Assembly (NCBI GenBank): GCA_051294905.1
Contig: CM119382.1
Span: 1,922,001-1,986,000 of the forward strand
Origin: Botryllus schlosseri
Lineage: Eukaryota
Direction of reading: 5' to 3'
DNA: 64,000 nucleotides
The position numbers and the translations under genes are program-made. Shown piece after piece: positions 26,469 through 38,203 of the stretch. The notes below the pieces were generated by a model that saw nothing but the letters and a program-made list of their open reading frames with translations, ran no database searches and was not told the DNA's origin. Positions within the stretch are counted from its first letter, which is position 1. Each line of letters opens with the position of its first letter.

Positions 26469-28622
26469 GTGATAACAATAAGAACGATTTGGTGCATAAT
26501 AAACTAAAAGCGTAACTGTATACTTTACACGAGGTCGATTGGGCAAACGGCACACGCATAAAAGCTGTTTGCATACTCACGAGGTGAAGGTCCAGTTCTC
26601 AGCATACTGATTCTCAATGGAACCTCAAACTTGTATGTTTTCAAATCATGTTGGAACCGATCTCACGTTACTTTAATCAGTACAGATCGTTGCCATAGAC
26701 TTTATACGATACAGGAAATGTAGCATTAGATTGGATTTCTTATCGAGAATGAAAGAAATATACGACGGTCTTGAATTGAAAACAACAACTGCGTAAGAAC
26801 GAGCAGGCTAAATTTATAGGAAAACCCAAACGCATTTCCAATGGACTGTTCTCGGGCGAATTCGATCTATTTCCATGTTCTGCCTTGCTTACAAGAGCCA
26901 TGCGACGGTCATACGATATTCTCTGTAGTTCTGAGTCCGCTGCATTGGCGTTTGCCGGAAACAGTATTCGTCTCGTGCCGCAGGTGACGATGTGAGTGAG
27001 GTTTATACTGTATAGTCGAGAATGAAAAGAGATGCATGAAATTTGGGTCAGGAGAGTTGAGATTTGAGGCACAAGGACAGTTGTTTCGGAGCTGCGTTTC
27101 GATGACGACCTCTCGTCTAGTAATGCTGGGGGCTGGGCAGAGCGATTCGAGTAACAATTGTCATGAATCGAGTCTAGTGCGAGTCAACGTTTTCAAGTAC
27201 CGAAATTGCCCGCTCCTATTTATCCTATGGGAAAAAAATGGTGTAAGCTTTAAAACCTCGAGACAATAGTAACTATAGTTGGGATAGTGTGAACCTCTGA
27301 AAAGTTCAGGTTCGTGTGAACGCGAACCTTTTTGAAGGGTTCTATGTGAACGCGAACGTGAACTTCATGACGCCATTGTGCTAATTCCAACCCTATATTT
27401 CAGCCTGTATTAAAATGTACACGATATGTAGCGACGAATCGGGCCACATAATGCCACAAAGCTGAAGTACATATTGACGTTTCAAACGTTGGCAAACATA
27501 TCAACTGGGCAATCAAATGATATATTAACCCCATAAAATCAACAATTTCGACGAGGACGTGCAAGGGAATATAAGCTTACGCCTTAATGGTATAGGCCAG
27601 ACCGGACAATGTATTCGGCGTCTGAGTCTTGCTACGTTGATATTGAGCAGAGTGTAAAACGGTTTTCTATACTTGCTATCGATATTACCCAAATAACCAG
27701 TTATACAGCAGTAGCCAACACCCAAATCGCACGGATTCGGTTTTTATGATACAAAAAACATATGCCGTCAAGATTGACCCCCTGCTAGATCTTTTTACAC
27801 GAGACGACGATGTCAATTTCATTGTTTGGTCGAATAAGCATCATTCGCTGACTACCTACATGGAAATCTTCTCACAGCAGAGATTCACTAAATATCGACA
27901 AACGGAAATCTGGATATTTCGAGCAAACTTTTGCAACAAAGCAAGTAAAATATTTGAGATTGTTAAGGTGCGTGCTCGTTCAGTGTTGATTTTTATTTAC
28001 GCTGCCAACGCCATACATTGAGCGGCCCGCAATTGATATTTTAATCAAAGATGTTTCAATGAAGTAAAAATTGTAGTGTATGAACGTGAACCTCAAATTT
28101 TCTGAGGTTCACACCAGACATGGGGTGATTACTTTATGAATGTAATCGATTGCGATTACGATTACTTCGGAATCACGCGATTACGATTACGATTACGATT
28201 ACAGCAAAATCAGGAAGTAGTCGATTACGATTACGATTACATTGAAAAGTAATCACGATTACTCACGATTACATTTGTTTTGCTTGGGACTATAATCTTA
28301 AATGATATATGGGAAGACAATACAAGGATTGCGATGAAAAGGCTTAATGAGATATCAACTTTCTTCATCATGCGTCATTTGCTTATTACGTCATAATATA
28401 TCAATTGCCCAACTTAATAGTGGATAATTTATCTCATCCAACGATTTGCATTATTGCCAGGTCTTTACCTGCCGCGCCCCAAATTCCTTAATAGAGTGGG
28501 GAGCGTGCTCGAAGGGGACTCAAAAGTATTTCGTAAACCAACATATATTATAGAGCATTTTCGAGAATTTAATTAATTCTTGTAAATGTTTTTCGAGCTT
28601 TGCGATTCAAATATCTCTAGTA

Positions 28623-29551
28623 CAGGGGTCACCAACGCGAACCAAATGAGTCGACCGCGGTCGCTGTAGTAGTGGGGGCTTTTGGGGTGGGCGAGGTAGG
28701 CGGTCGCCAGGGGGGCTGGCCGAAGGGCTCCCTTATTGGGATTATGTGCTTTTTTCAAGGATAATGACCAATAAACATGGAAATCCGTATAAGGCAAGAA
28801 TAGGATTCCGTACAGATGTGTCAATCATCATCAAATCTCTGCATTTGTTAGAGAAGTACCATATCCCAATAATCATCACGTCTCTGCATGCGGTAGAATT
28901 ACTTAGTTTCAATGTCGTGTATCTTTGCACACATGAAAAAATAGACATGGCCGAATCCAGCACCTGGCCAAACCTTGATAGATAGATAATAATAACAGAT
29001 GCAAAAGAGGGATCTAGGGGGCGAAGCCCCCCATAAGATACGGATAGATACTTATAGGGGGGCGGTAAGTCTCGCCAAAGCTCCCCCGTTCGTATGGCCA
29101 CCACTGCGCTGTAGCAAATATCCAAATGAGAGATTTGATAGTTGGAGCTCGTTTCATATGAGCAGCAGTTGAACATGGGTCGGCCGACGCCAAGGAACAT
29201 ACGAACGCAGTCGCTCGGGCATTGCTTGTCTTCGCCCACGCGGCGGCTCAACGGGAATCTATATAGTTAATATTCCCGAGTCTAGACGCGGAGACCGGCG
29301 CTTCTGCGCGCACTGCAGCAACGCAACTGAGCTTGGAGGAGCTGGTGTGAGTCCCTGCGAGTGAGCGTTTTTTTTTTCTTGGTAAGGGGCGGAAACCCGG
29401 CCCAGTGCTTTGATTGTCTTACTCTAAGTGAAGAAATCCAACTGAACATGGATAAACGACGGGAGTACGAGGTTACCCGTCGGTCGTCGCAATAATCAGC
29501 ACACACTTCACAAGAAGTAGCTTTTTGTTTCAAAACAGTTGGTGACCCCTG
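28623..29551. mobile_element. Buster/Charlie-type hAT element carrying 28S rRNA-derived cargo (copy 1)
   Basis: TIR caggggtcaccaac / gttggtgacccctg (perfect 14 bp), TSD ctctagta / ctccagta. Confidence 0.88.
29109..29467 (+). pseudogene. Decayed, internally deleted 28S rRNA fragment
   Basis: gtagcaaatat; exact cagcagttgaacatgggtc (29163-29181); gggaatc...gttaatattcccga; then gcccagtgct...aagtgaagaaat...aaacgacgggagta. All match conserved eukaryotic LSU motifs in native order. Confidence 0.85.
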
Positions 29552-32299
29552 CTCCAGTAGATAGCTGGGTTTGAAATGCATACATCTTCCCCTCAAGAAA
29601 AAACATACATAGGCTATATTTTATGGGAACAGGCATTTCGTAGCCGGTCATTACCGCATCACGATCCCACAACACACCAAAACACATATGCAGTTTCGGC
29701 CAACACGCAACTCCACGGGATGTGATACCAAAGAAACACCTTGGCCGAAACTTAGGGTAGGCTATTCGTCCATTGTCAATAGCCGCGCTGAGTCGGCGGG
29801 ACTAATAACTCCTGTCCTTCCAATCTGGGCCCACAATGCAAATGTCACCCGGCGCATCCACAAAAGAATAAAGCCATGACAATTTGTGTGGGCGTCTCAC
29901 AAAAGATATTCCTTTAGTCTGCTACGTTTGGGCGAGTACAATATATTGTGATTATACAACGGACTGGAGGTCGCGAATTAACAACATACAGTAAATATAA
30001 CAACATACCAGATGCTATCAATATGAATTACGTGCCCCAGCTTTACAGGTAAATCTGACACTCGGGGCTCATAGAGGTTATAAATGAATAGTAATATATA
30101 TGCAATTACCAATATTATTGACGAAATTCACTTTTGAAAATTGACCAACGGTTGGACAGGAGAATTGCTGTTTTGGCTGAATTGCTGATTCTAGCTACAA
30201 CCCACGCTAACATGTCAGGCTATATAAGCGGATGGTTATGGCGATAGGTCTAAACTAAATGCTAAGTAACGAACTGTGAAATAACGATTGACGCCCGTTT
30301 CAAGTAGTTATATGAGAATAAGATATGGTTAATATAAAAATTCTGCCTTCAACTTAATACATATACAGCGAGCTGCTGTTACGAGAAACGGCTAAGCACG
30401 GCTCGGTTATGATATATACTAGCAGCTGTTTATTTGTAATGCTTCGTTGTGGAAACTGCAATGTCTTATTCGACGAGTACAAAATTACGAATCTTCGTCA
30501 GGTGCACGTGCGTACGTAGGCCTCATGTTCGCCAAGCAGCAATGGTAAACTGCGTTTAACTAAGCACAACCAAACATTATTACATAAGTTACTATTTGAA
30601 ACTATAGGCAGAGTGGTGATCAATATTCTGCTGCGAGGTAGCGGCTTCTGTAGTGTATTGATAACCTGATATACACCACGGGAGGTGTTCTTACAATCAT
30701 ACTACAATGTCCATCGCATGTCTGTTTACTATGTGTGGATACTTGTTACGCAATTACGAGCGGAGCTAATACTTCTGACGTAATAATGAGTCAGTGGCGT
30801 TTGAAAACAGACGTTTGTGCTAACGCTAACTTGGTATATTATCTCATTCTTGTTCACGAATATTCAGTTTATGTCATAGACCTTGTACAAACAAAAAGTA
30901 ATCGTTCTTTCACAAACAAATCGATTAGATATGGGAAGTAGTCGATTACGATTACGATTACTTCGGATTTTTTTCGAATGTAATCGATTACGATTACGAT
31001 TACTTCAAAATGCTGTAATCGTCGTAATCGATTACGATTACTAATCGCGATTACCCCATGTCTGGTTCACACACAGAACGCGAACGAGAGCCTCACGGTC
31101 ACACCATCTATGGTAACTAGCATATCAATAAATACACGCATCGGAAGGCTACCTACGATCATGCTCTATTTGTCTAATGACGGTAATCGGAGCGAGATGC
31201 CGGTCATCCAATTCTAAACTGATTTGTGGAATGTTTCTATGCTCAAATTCGACTTGTAATCTGGTTACTGGTTTATGTGAAAATGCTACAGGAGAACTCC
31301 GCAGCGCGAAACCAGCTTAGCTCGCTGTACAGACATTTGCCATTCTCGTGCTTACGAGAATAAACTCTGATTCGATACGAAGTGAGCTCGATTCGATTTT
31401 CAATTTTTTGCGAGTTCACTAGTTCGAATTCGAATATAATTTGGAAAAGAATCTGTAGATATCATTGTAATTCGAGTTTAATTTGGAAATGAAACAGCGT
31501 AGCCACAATTCTAATTCTAGTCTAATTTAAAATAAAAACTGTGTAGCCCTAATTCTATTTTCAACATGATTTGGAAAAAGCTGAAAACTTAGTTGTGCGA
31601 CTCTGCCTACACCATGACAAGGACATATATGTGCTGTAGTGAGCCACCTGTGCTATTTTCTCGAAACAATATCAATAGAGTCGGTTAATTTATAATAATT
31701 TATAGAAATTAGCCTAGCTGGCAGTATTTACTTCGCGTTCCCACAACAAGTACGTATTTGCACATCTACAAGGTCCATTTACTGTTACTGCTATGACGTC
31801 ATCATGCGTAACTCTAGAACAGTCGAATCGAAGCTCCATGGTTGCCTCAGAATCATATCATTCAGGGACTCGATTTCGACTAGGCCAGTTAGAGTTATGG
31901 GCGGTCAAAACAGTTGTTTCGGAAACTTTTCGCCTTGCGATCAAAGCCTCCGACCAATAGTACGGATCACAACTCACCAGCGTCCACTTCAATGCCCCGA
32001 ATTTCGCGTCACGCAGTCGTGATTATTCATGAAAGAGCGCCGCGCTTAGGAAATTCATTAAAATACTTTATTTCGGTTCAAGTGCGTAACGTTTGCAACC
32101 CGTACTTATTTCGACTATCGTAGAATATGGTATTGTTTTGACATCCAAGTGTGATATTCTCTCCCCTTTGCTTTTCAGTTGATAAATTAATCATACCGGT
32201 ATAGGAAATGCGAAATGAAGTCAGATTAGAGTAGCATAATGTATTTGTATTAAAATGAACCTGACACTCGTCAGGGGTAATTGTCATTGTCAGACACCC

Positions 32300-32725
32300 G
32301 AGTGTTTTCAAATTTTACTGTCAACCCCATGAATTGTTAAGTTGTCTAAAAGTACGATGTTTACCAATTTTTGCTCACTTCCAACGGGAAGAAGCGAAGT
32401 TATTGCAGTTGAAAATTTTGGACTCGCAAATATAGCCTGGATAGTGAGTTATCCCAGAATCATGAATAATTCCAATATCTTCGCTTCTACGGGTTGGAAG
32501 GCGTCAAATTTGTTTTGCATCATTTTTGTAGACAAGTCAAGTCAACAATTCATTGAGGTTGAAGGTAAAATTTGATATTTTTTTATTGTATATAAGAAAT
32601 TTCAAACTCCTATGCATTCACATCTACCAAATGGAATCGAGCAAAATTGGGTGTGCAGCGTATTTTTTTAGACAACCTATTAATTTAATCAGTGAAAACT
32701 CGGAATTCGGAAAAAGGTTGTTTTT
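32300..32725. mobile_element. Repeat B foldback MITE, left arm truncated
   Basis: Internal part plus right arm ending tttttgaacaaccct. Confidence 0.65.
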
Positions 32726-34013
32726 GAACAACCCTTTCCCAAAGTGCGTTCCAAGTCAGATTACGAAAACATTTCAAACTATCGAATATATCGACGGGCA
32801 TACAAACAAAATTATGAGAGTATTAAGCAGAAAGAATTGATTAGGTGGATACAACCTAATTGAAAGTAGTCAGATAAGTTTACTGATGGGCGATACAGAT
32901 ATGTTAAGCCGGATAAAGGGGCGATGAGACAAAAAAATTGGGACCACTGTACTACGGTAGATCACGATACACCAAGTTCTTTTGAATTCACTACTATTTT
33001 CTGTCGATTACCCCTTTATTTCGATACGGATATATTATTCAATTTAATTCAATATATCAAGTTTTACACTAAACAAAGCTTTCAAAATCGAAGGTATCAT
33101 GTTTGCACTTCTGCAGATATTTAGTCGTAGCGGATTATATAGCTGGTTTCTTGTGAAGAGCCTGCTTGGCGAAAATGATGGAGCTTCAACACCCGGGACC
33201 CCGAATGGGACATCTCCTCGTCTCCGGCTCAGCCTATGATCATCAAGAAATCGGTGAGTCGAGATTTACTTTGTAACAAACCGGGATTTTCCCGCAGGAA
33301 TCACAGTTGTGGTCTCAAGCCAACGTTTTTTTTTTATAGTCCTGGTGTTTTTGGACTGAGCAATGCTTTTAATCACCCCATTCGCTCAGTAATCAGCCTA
33401 CCAATTAAATACATACGTTGTGTTCCTGTTCTGGCAACGTCAGTGCGGAAAATCACTTTGGTTGAAAGCGGTCAAGTAAACAGGGTGTGTTGTTTATGGG
33501 TTCGTCACAACAAATAAGGTTGAAGAGCACCGTGCTACTACATATGTAGCATTGTCGCCTAGTCGAAAGTACGCCATAACAGACTTGAACAACTGGATAA
33601 TTCTACTTGTCTATTACTAACTAAACTAATTAGAGCGAATCTAATTTAATATGTAAAATGTTTCTATACTCCCATTTTATTTCTATTCGAATATAATTTC
33701 TGGCTTTCCTGAAAATGCTGCAGTATAGTGCGAAACGAGCCAAGCTCGTGGTACAGACGTTCATCGTCCTCAACTCCTCATGCTTAGGAGAATGACCTCT
33801 GAATTAATATCAACCAAACTTGAATTTTGCTTACTTTGAAATGCTAAAAATCTTATCGTATTCCAACACTGACCCATAACTTAATATCAAGTCAGAAGGC
33901 GTTCAAAATTACGCTCTAATTCCTTTCAAAAATTTGGCGTTCTATCTCTTTATTCAATGGACATTGGACAAGCGTTCAAACTCTTACATATTTGGCGGAC
34001 CAGTCGGAACCGG

Positions 34014-34434
34014 CAGAGATGAGCATGGATTATGATTAGGTTTTGAAAAAACAGGATTTGTGAAATTTTGTCGGATTTGGATTGGATTTGGATTAGACAT
34101 TTTTTTCAGAACGGATTAGGATTTGGATTGGATTCACCTACTCTCTGGGAGATTGAAATGTCGTGTGGCGAATGGCGACAAACTTTATTCAGATCAGTAA
34201 TTAATGTACTTATGGTTACTAAGTTATCTTGAATCAAGTGAATCGTTGGTTGTGAAAGAAAATTTTCGAATCCCTCCATTGCATAAATTAGTATTTTTTC
34301 TGAATTTCCAGTTGGAATCGGATTAGGATTGGACATGGACTTGAATATGAAAAAGTTATGGATTAGGATTTGGATTTGAAGGTTCGGATTTGGATTGGAT
34401 TAGGACATAGAAATTTCAAATCCGCTCATCTCTG
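34014..34434. mobile_element. hAT MITE with GGATT arrays
   Basis: cagagatgagc / gctcatctctg, TSD ggaaccgg / ggagccgg (7 of 8). Confidence 0.85.
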
Positions 34435-35299
34435 GGAGCCGGTCCACGGGCCGGCGGTTGAGACCCGCTGATTTATAAAGGTCACTGTGCAATACACGCG
34501 ACCACAAGTCCATGCTTGAAGACTTATCCGTTCATGTAGAGTTTTCGTTAGACAAACGCATCTTTTGGCAGTGATAATCAAGCCTGTAATTACGGTCCAG
34601 TCATTGACGCCTAATCGCCGCTTACACGAATCAAAGCCTGCAATCGGACCCAAAACAACTCGGCTGACGCTATTAGACTACGACGCTGCACTCAACAGTA
34701 GACGAGCGACTGGCGCCGAAGATTTAGATTCTAAAAATAAAGTTCAACTCGGAGCTAATTGCAACGTTCGACAATGGCTAGTTTACGCGTACGGCAGAAG
34801 CCAAGATGTGTCAGAATTCATCCATAAGCGGCGACTAAATGTGTAGTTTCCGACATTGAAAGTGCGTGTTCTTACGACGGGAAATACTGTTCTGTAACTT
34901 TCGTTTTCCGAATGGCATTAAATTCGTAATTCCGCATTCTAACTGCTTGGTACCGGCACCGCCGTACCGGTACTGGAATGCTGGCATCGATATCAGAGTT
35001 TCAAAACTATAAAATATTTATCTTTTGCAAATTAGATTAGATTAGAATAATAGCTGCCGGTACACAAGTTTTTTTGTAAACCAGATGACAATTGAAATTA
35101 CTGAATTCGCAAAAGCTTGGAGGTTTAAGTCCGAATCCGAAAGAAACACAACAAAAATAAAGCACAAATCCATCGTCCCAAGTCGGGAGATATCACCGGT
35201 GAAGCGGGAACAATAAAAAATGGTCTGACACACACACAGACATGATTTTGATATCAATTCAATTCACAGAACGAAATAGAGTCAAACATGAGACGCGAC

Positions 35300-35314
35300 G
35301 CCGCCACCTGGCGG
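35300..35314 (-). promoter_or_regulatory. CTCF-like motif CCGCCAGGTGGCGGC
   Basis: Close match to the bilaterian CTCF core. A second match, CCGACAGGTGGCGG, lies at 41817-41830 on the same strand. Motif evidence only. Confidence 0.35.
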
Positions 35315-36503
35315 AATGAAGAGGAACAGGAACATACATTAATAAGTCCACCTACAAGAAAGCTTTCTATTATGAGAATAACTTGAGGTCGTTAGGTTGA
35401 AAGACGCGTTCAAATGCACGATTCCACAAGATGCTTATAAAGTTCTTCGACTGATTCTCATCGGGAAACTGCATAACTTGGGCTTACTAAGAATCTTACT
35501 GGCTTCCAACACGATCAGACCTGCTCCTCATTAGTGGCAGATGTTTAATAATTCTGTCTGGCGTACCAAGTATTATCCTGAAGATAGCTACATAGTTTGG
35601 ACGCAGGTCGAATCGCTGCTTCAAGAAAACTATGAGATCATGGTCAATAATCGAAATGATCCATAGCGCAATGCGGGCCCCGCTCAATGGCGGTATGAAG
35701 AATTTTGAAAGTAAAAAGTAAGTGACTTGACTTCGATTTTAGTAAAACACGCGTCGGCGAGTGAATGAATGGATCAATGTCGGAGTCAGGGTATATATAG
35801 AGTGAGCCTCCTCATGATAGAGGTCAGAAAAATGTTGAGCTCATCATTTGCGTTTGCCTTGTACTACAGACACAATGCGTCTTATTGCACAAGACACTAA
35901 ACAACACCGGTTTACTCACAACATAGCTCTGATCTCGTCACAGAACATTCCTTTGAATGAGATGAACGATTTGGTGTCAGCGCTTGGGTAAAATTGATTC
36001 TCCGTCTGAAATCAGAAGGGTAGGCTAGTCGAACTGAAATTACAATCCAAATCATGGTGCTGATATCAGGCCCGATATTGGAAACTTGAAAATTATAACC
36101 CACACAGAATAAAGTAATACATTGGATTCCAAACAATTATCAATAGGCCCACTGGTAAACTCATGACAGATTTACTCAGATTTTCCCTACATAATTGGGG
36201 AGTTCTGTCTATCAATGTCGGGATGAGTCAAGACACAAATTTTCGTGCCTAGTTCGGATGGCACTTAAAAAGGTTGAAAAGCGCTTGTGTAGAATAAATA
36301 CAGTATCGGTCATTACTTCGAGCCCTTCATCCCATACTGACTGTCTTTCGATCTTCGCCTTCTTACTTTTTGACATTCATTCAATGTCCGGTCAAATGAT
36401 AGTTAGAATATATTTGCTGCAATGAGAGAGAATTCATAAAGACAGGCAAATAACTCATGGTCGATTTTGAGTGATAGTTACTGAGAAGTCTCTATGTCAC
36501 AGT

Positions 36504-37640
36504 TAGGGTTTGTTCGGATATCAATAATTTTCACTATCCGTATATCGGATATATCCAATATATTTGGAATTTATCTAACCGGTTAACCGGATATTAACTG
36601 CTAATTGAAACAATCGATTTCACGAGGTCTGCATGAAAATGGATCGCAAAATCATTACATACCGGTAGTGTTATTGTAGATCTACACGTACACGCGCAGC
36701 ACGAGCGAATACGAGAAAATTTATTGTTCACTGCTTCTGCAACGCCCTCCTTATAATGCACAATGCATCAATCGTGGCATCCTGTAGACGGGACCGGAGT
36801 TTTGTAACAAAGATTCCACACACCACATGTATTAAATGCTATTTCTGCTTCCACAGAAGTGGGCAGAATGGTAAGCAGCGCTTCGTAGAGAGTCTAACCC
36901 TGACAGGTCGTTTACCGGTGCGTGGCCAGCCGTAATATAAGGGAGGGATGTTTGAAATAAAATGAGGGTTTCGATTTTTTTCGAATCAAGTATCAGCGGA
37001 AATCAATTACGCTTGCATTCGCGATGTCACTCTTTAATCAGAATGCACTTAACGGCATATTGTCTCCAAGTAATTGAGAGACAGGAGCCAACGTATGCTA
37101 GGCCCGAGACGCGATGGCTAGGCCAGCGATGATATCTTTCGTACCAGGCCTATTGCAGATGCGATTGTGTAGTCCAGCGATAATATCGTGCGCACCAAGC
37201 CAATGCAGATGCCATCGTGCAGGCCGGCGATGGTATAGTGTGCACAGGGCCTAATGCAGATGCGATTTTTCAAGCCAGCGGAATTATAGGCTTGTTAAAG
37301 ACGCGATAAATCAGGCCAGAGACGCTAACCGAGTGCACGGCGATCAATGACGAAATTTCGCGATCTTCTCAGCGGGAGATCGCGTCGCGTTACGGTTACA
37401 TTGTGCACTACTGCACAGTGCATATGCACAGACGTATCTCGCTAATTGGCAACACGCTTCTCGCTAATTGGCCGCGCGCAACCCTAATAATACGACTCAT
37501 AGAAGCTTACTAAAAAGTGTAAAACACATTAGCAAATATACCATTTTATCCGGTTAACCGGCAGAATTATATCCGGATATCAAATAATAAAAAAACACTG
37601 TGGTTAATCGGTTAACCGTTATCCGGATAACCTAGCCCTA
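36504..37640. mobile_element. Ac-type hAT element with CCGGAT/GGTTAACC arrays and minisatellite cargo
   Basis: tagggtt / agcccta ends, TSD gtcacagt / gtcacaat (7 of 8). Confidence 0.8.
37100..37300. repeat. 50-51-bp degenerate minisatellite (about 4 units)
   Basis: tgcagatgc at 37154, 37204 and 37255, plus a decayed unit near 37105. Confidence 0.75.
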
Positions 37641-38203
37641 GTCACAATGTAATATTATTAAGTCAGTTATGCTCTGGTGACTACACAAAATACATTATTT
37701 TGCATCCCATTGAAGCTATATTTAATGAAACAGATCTTGATCGAAAGCTACCATTGCACTGAGTGCGGAAGTGTAAATTAAAATCTGATCAGGACACAAG
37801 AACTACCCCGAATTCGCCCTCTAAATCTGAGCACGGGCATTGTCCGAACAATCCGACAGCTGCAATAGGTCATTGTCGTGATGATTATTATGTCATGACG
37901 GTCTGACTGTTCTGACCAATGCAGATTTCAGATGTTGATAGTGAATTAGGGTGAGGTTCTAGTGCCCTAATTTTAATTTGTATTACGGATTCAGCGAGAT
38001 ACTGGCTTTTGATCATGACCAGTTTTATTAAATTCTGCGCCCCGAACGCCAGCCATACGACTGCTGGAAATCCTACATTCGCCAAACCGGCATGACCCCA
38101 AATCCAGCCTCAGCTATTCAGAACGAATCAAAACAATCGGTTGTTGCTATTCCATGTTTAAGCCTACATCTAATGGGTGTTAACTGTCACAATGTGTCGT
38201 CAT

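Larger units (their letters stand above)
28115..31064. mobile_element. 2.95-kb Ac-type hAT derivative with GATTAC subterminal arrays
   Basis: TIR cagacatggggt / accccatgtctg, perfect TSD gttcacac. BED-finger-like remnant MLRCGNCNVLFDEYKITNLRQVHVRT* at 30439-30519 (weak). Confidence 0.88.
27279..31110. mobile_element. Outer GTGAAC-array hAT-like element hosting nested insertions
   Basis: gtgaac/gcgaac arrays at 27285-27365, 28075-28114 and 31065-31105. Weak hAT C-terminal similarity (DPLL..., EIFSQQRFTKYR) at about 27775-27910. Ends are approximate. Confidence 0.55.

Noticed and set aside
26820-26985. Plus frame FSVVLSPLHWRLPETV resembles Runt FLCSVLPTHWRCNKTLP
   Set aside because: It lacks CNKT, has the wrong splice phase for the Runx FK|VV intron, and no further Runt exons were found.
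28140-28280. CRISPR-like regular repeats (GATTAC arrays; also 8391-8690, 37100-37300)
   Set aside because: No unique spacers or cas genes, and the context is eukaryotic; these are subterminal arrays and minisatellites.
28742-29596. 169-aa and 104-aa minus-strand ORFs
   Set aside because: They are antisense to transposon cargo and rRNA-derived sequence, so spurious.
33075-33100. SFQNRRY resembles the homeodomain WFQNRRY
   Set aside because: The invariant Trp is absent and there is no helix 1-2 sequence.
33117-33239. Frame IFSRSGLYSWFLVKSLLGENDGASTPGTP...* with an eh1-like FLVKSLLG
   Set aside because: It stops before the strong donor and has no supporting homology; the other frame is kept as a weak candidate.
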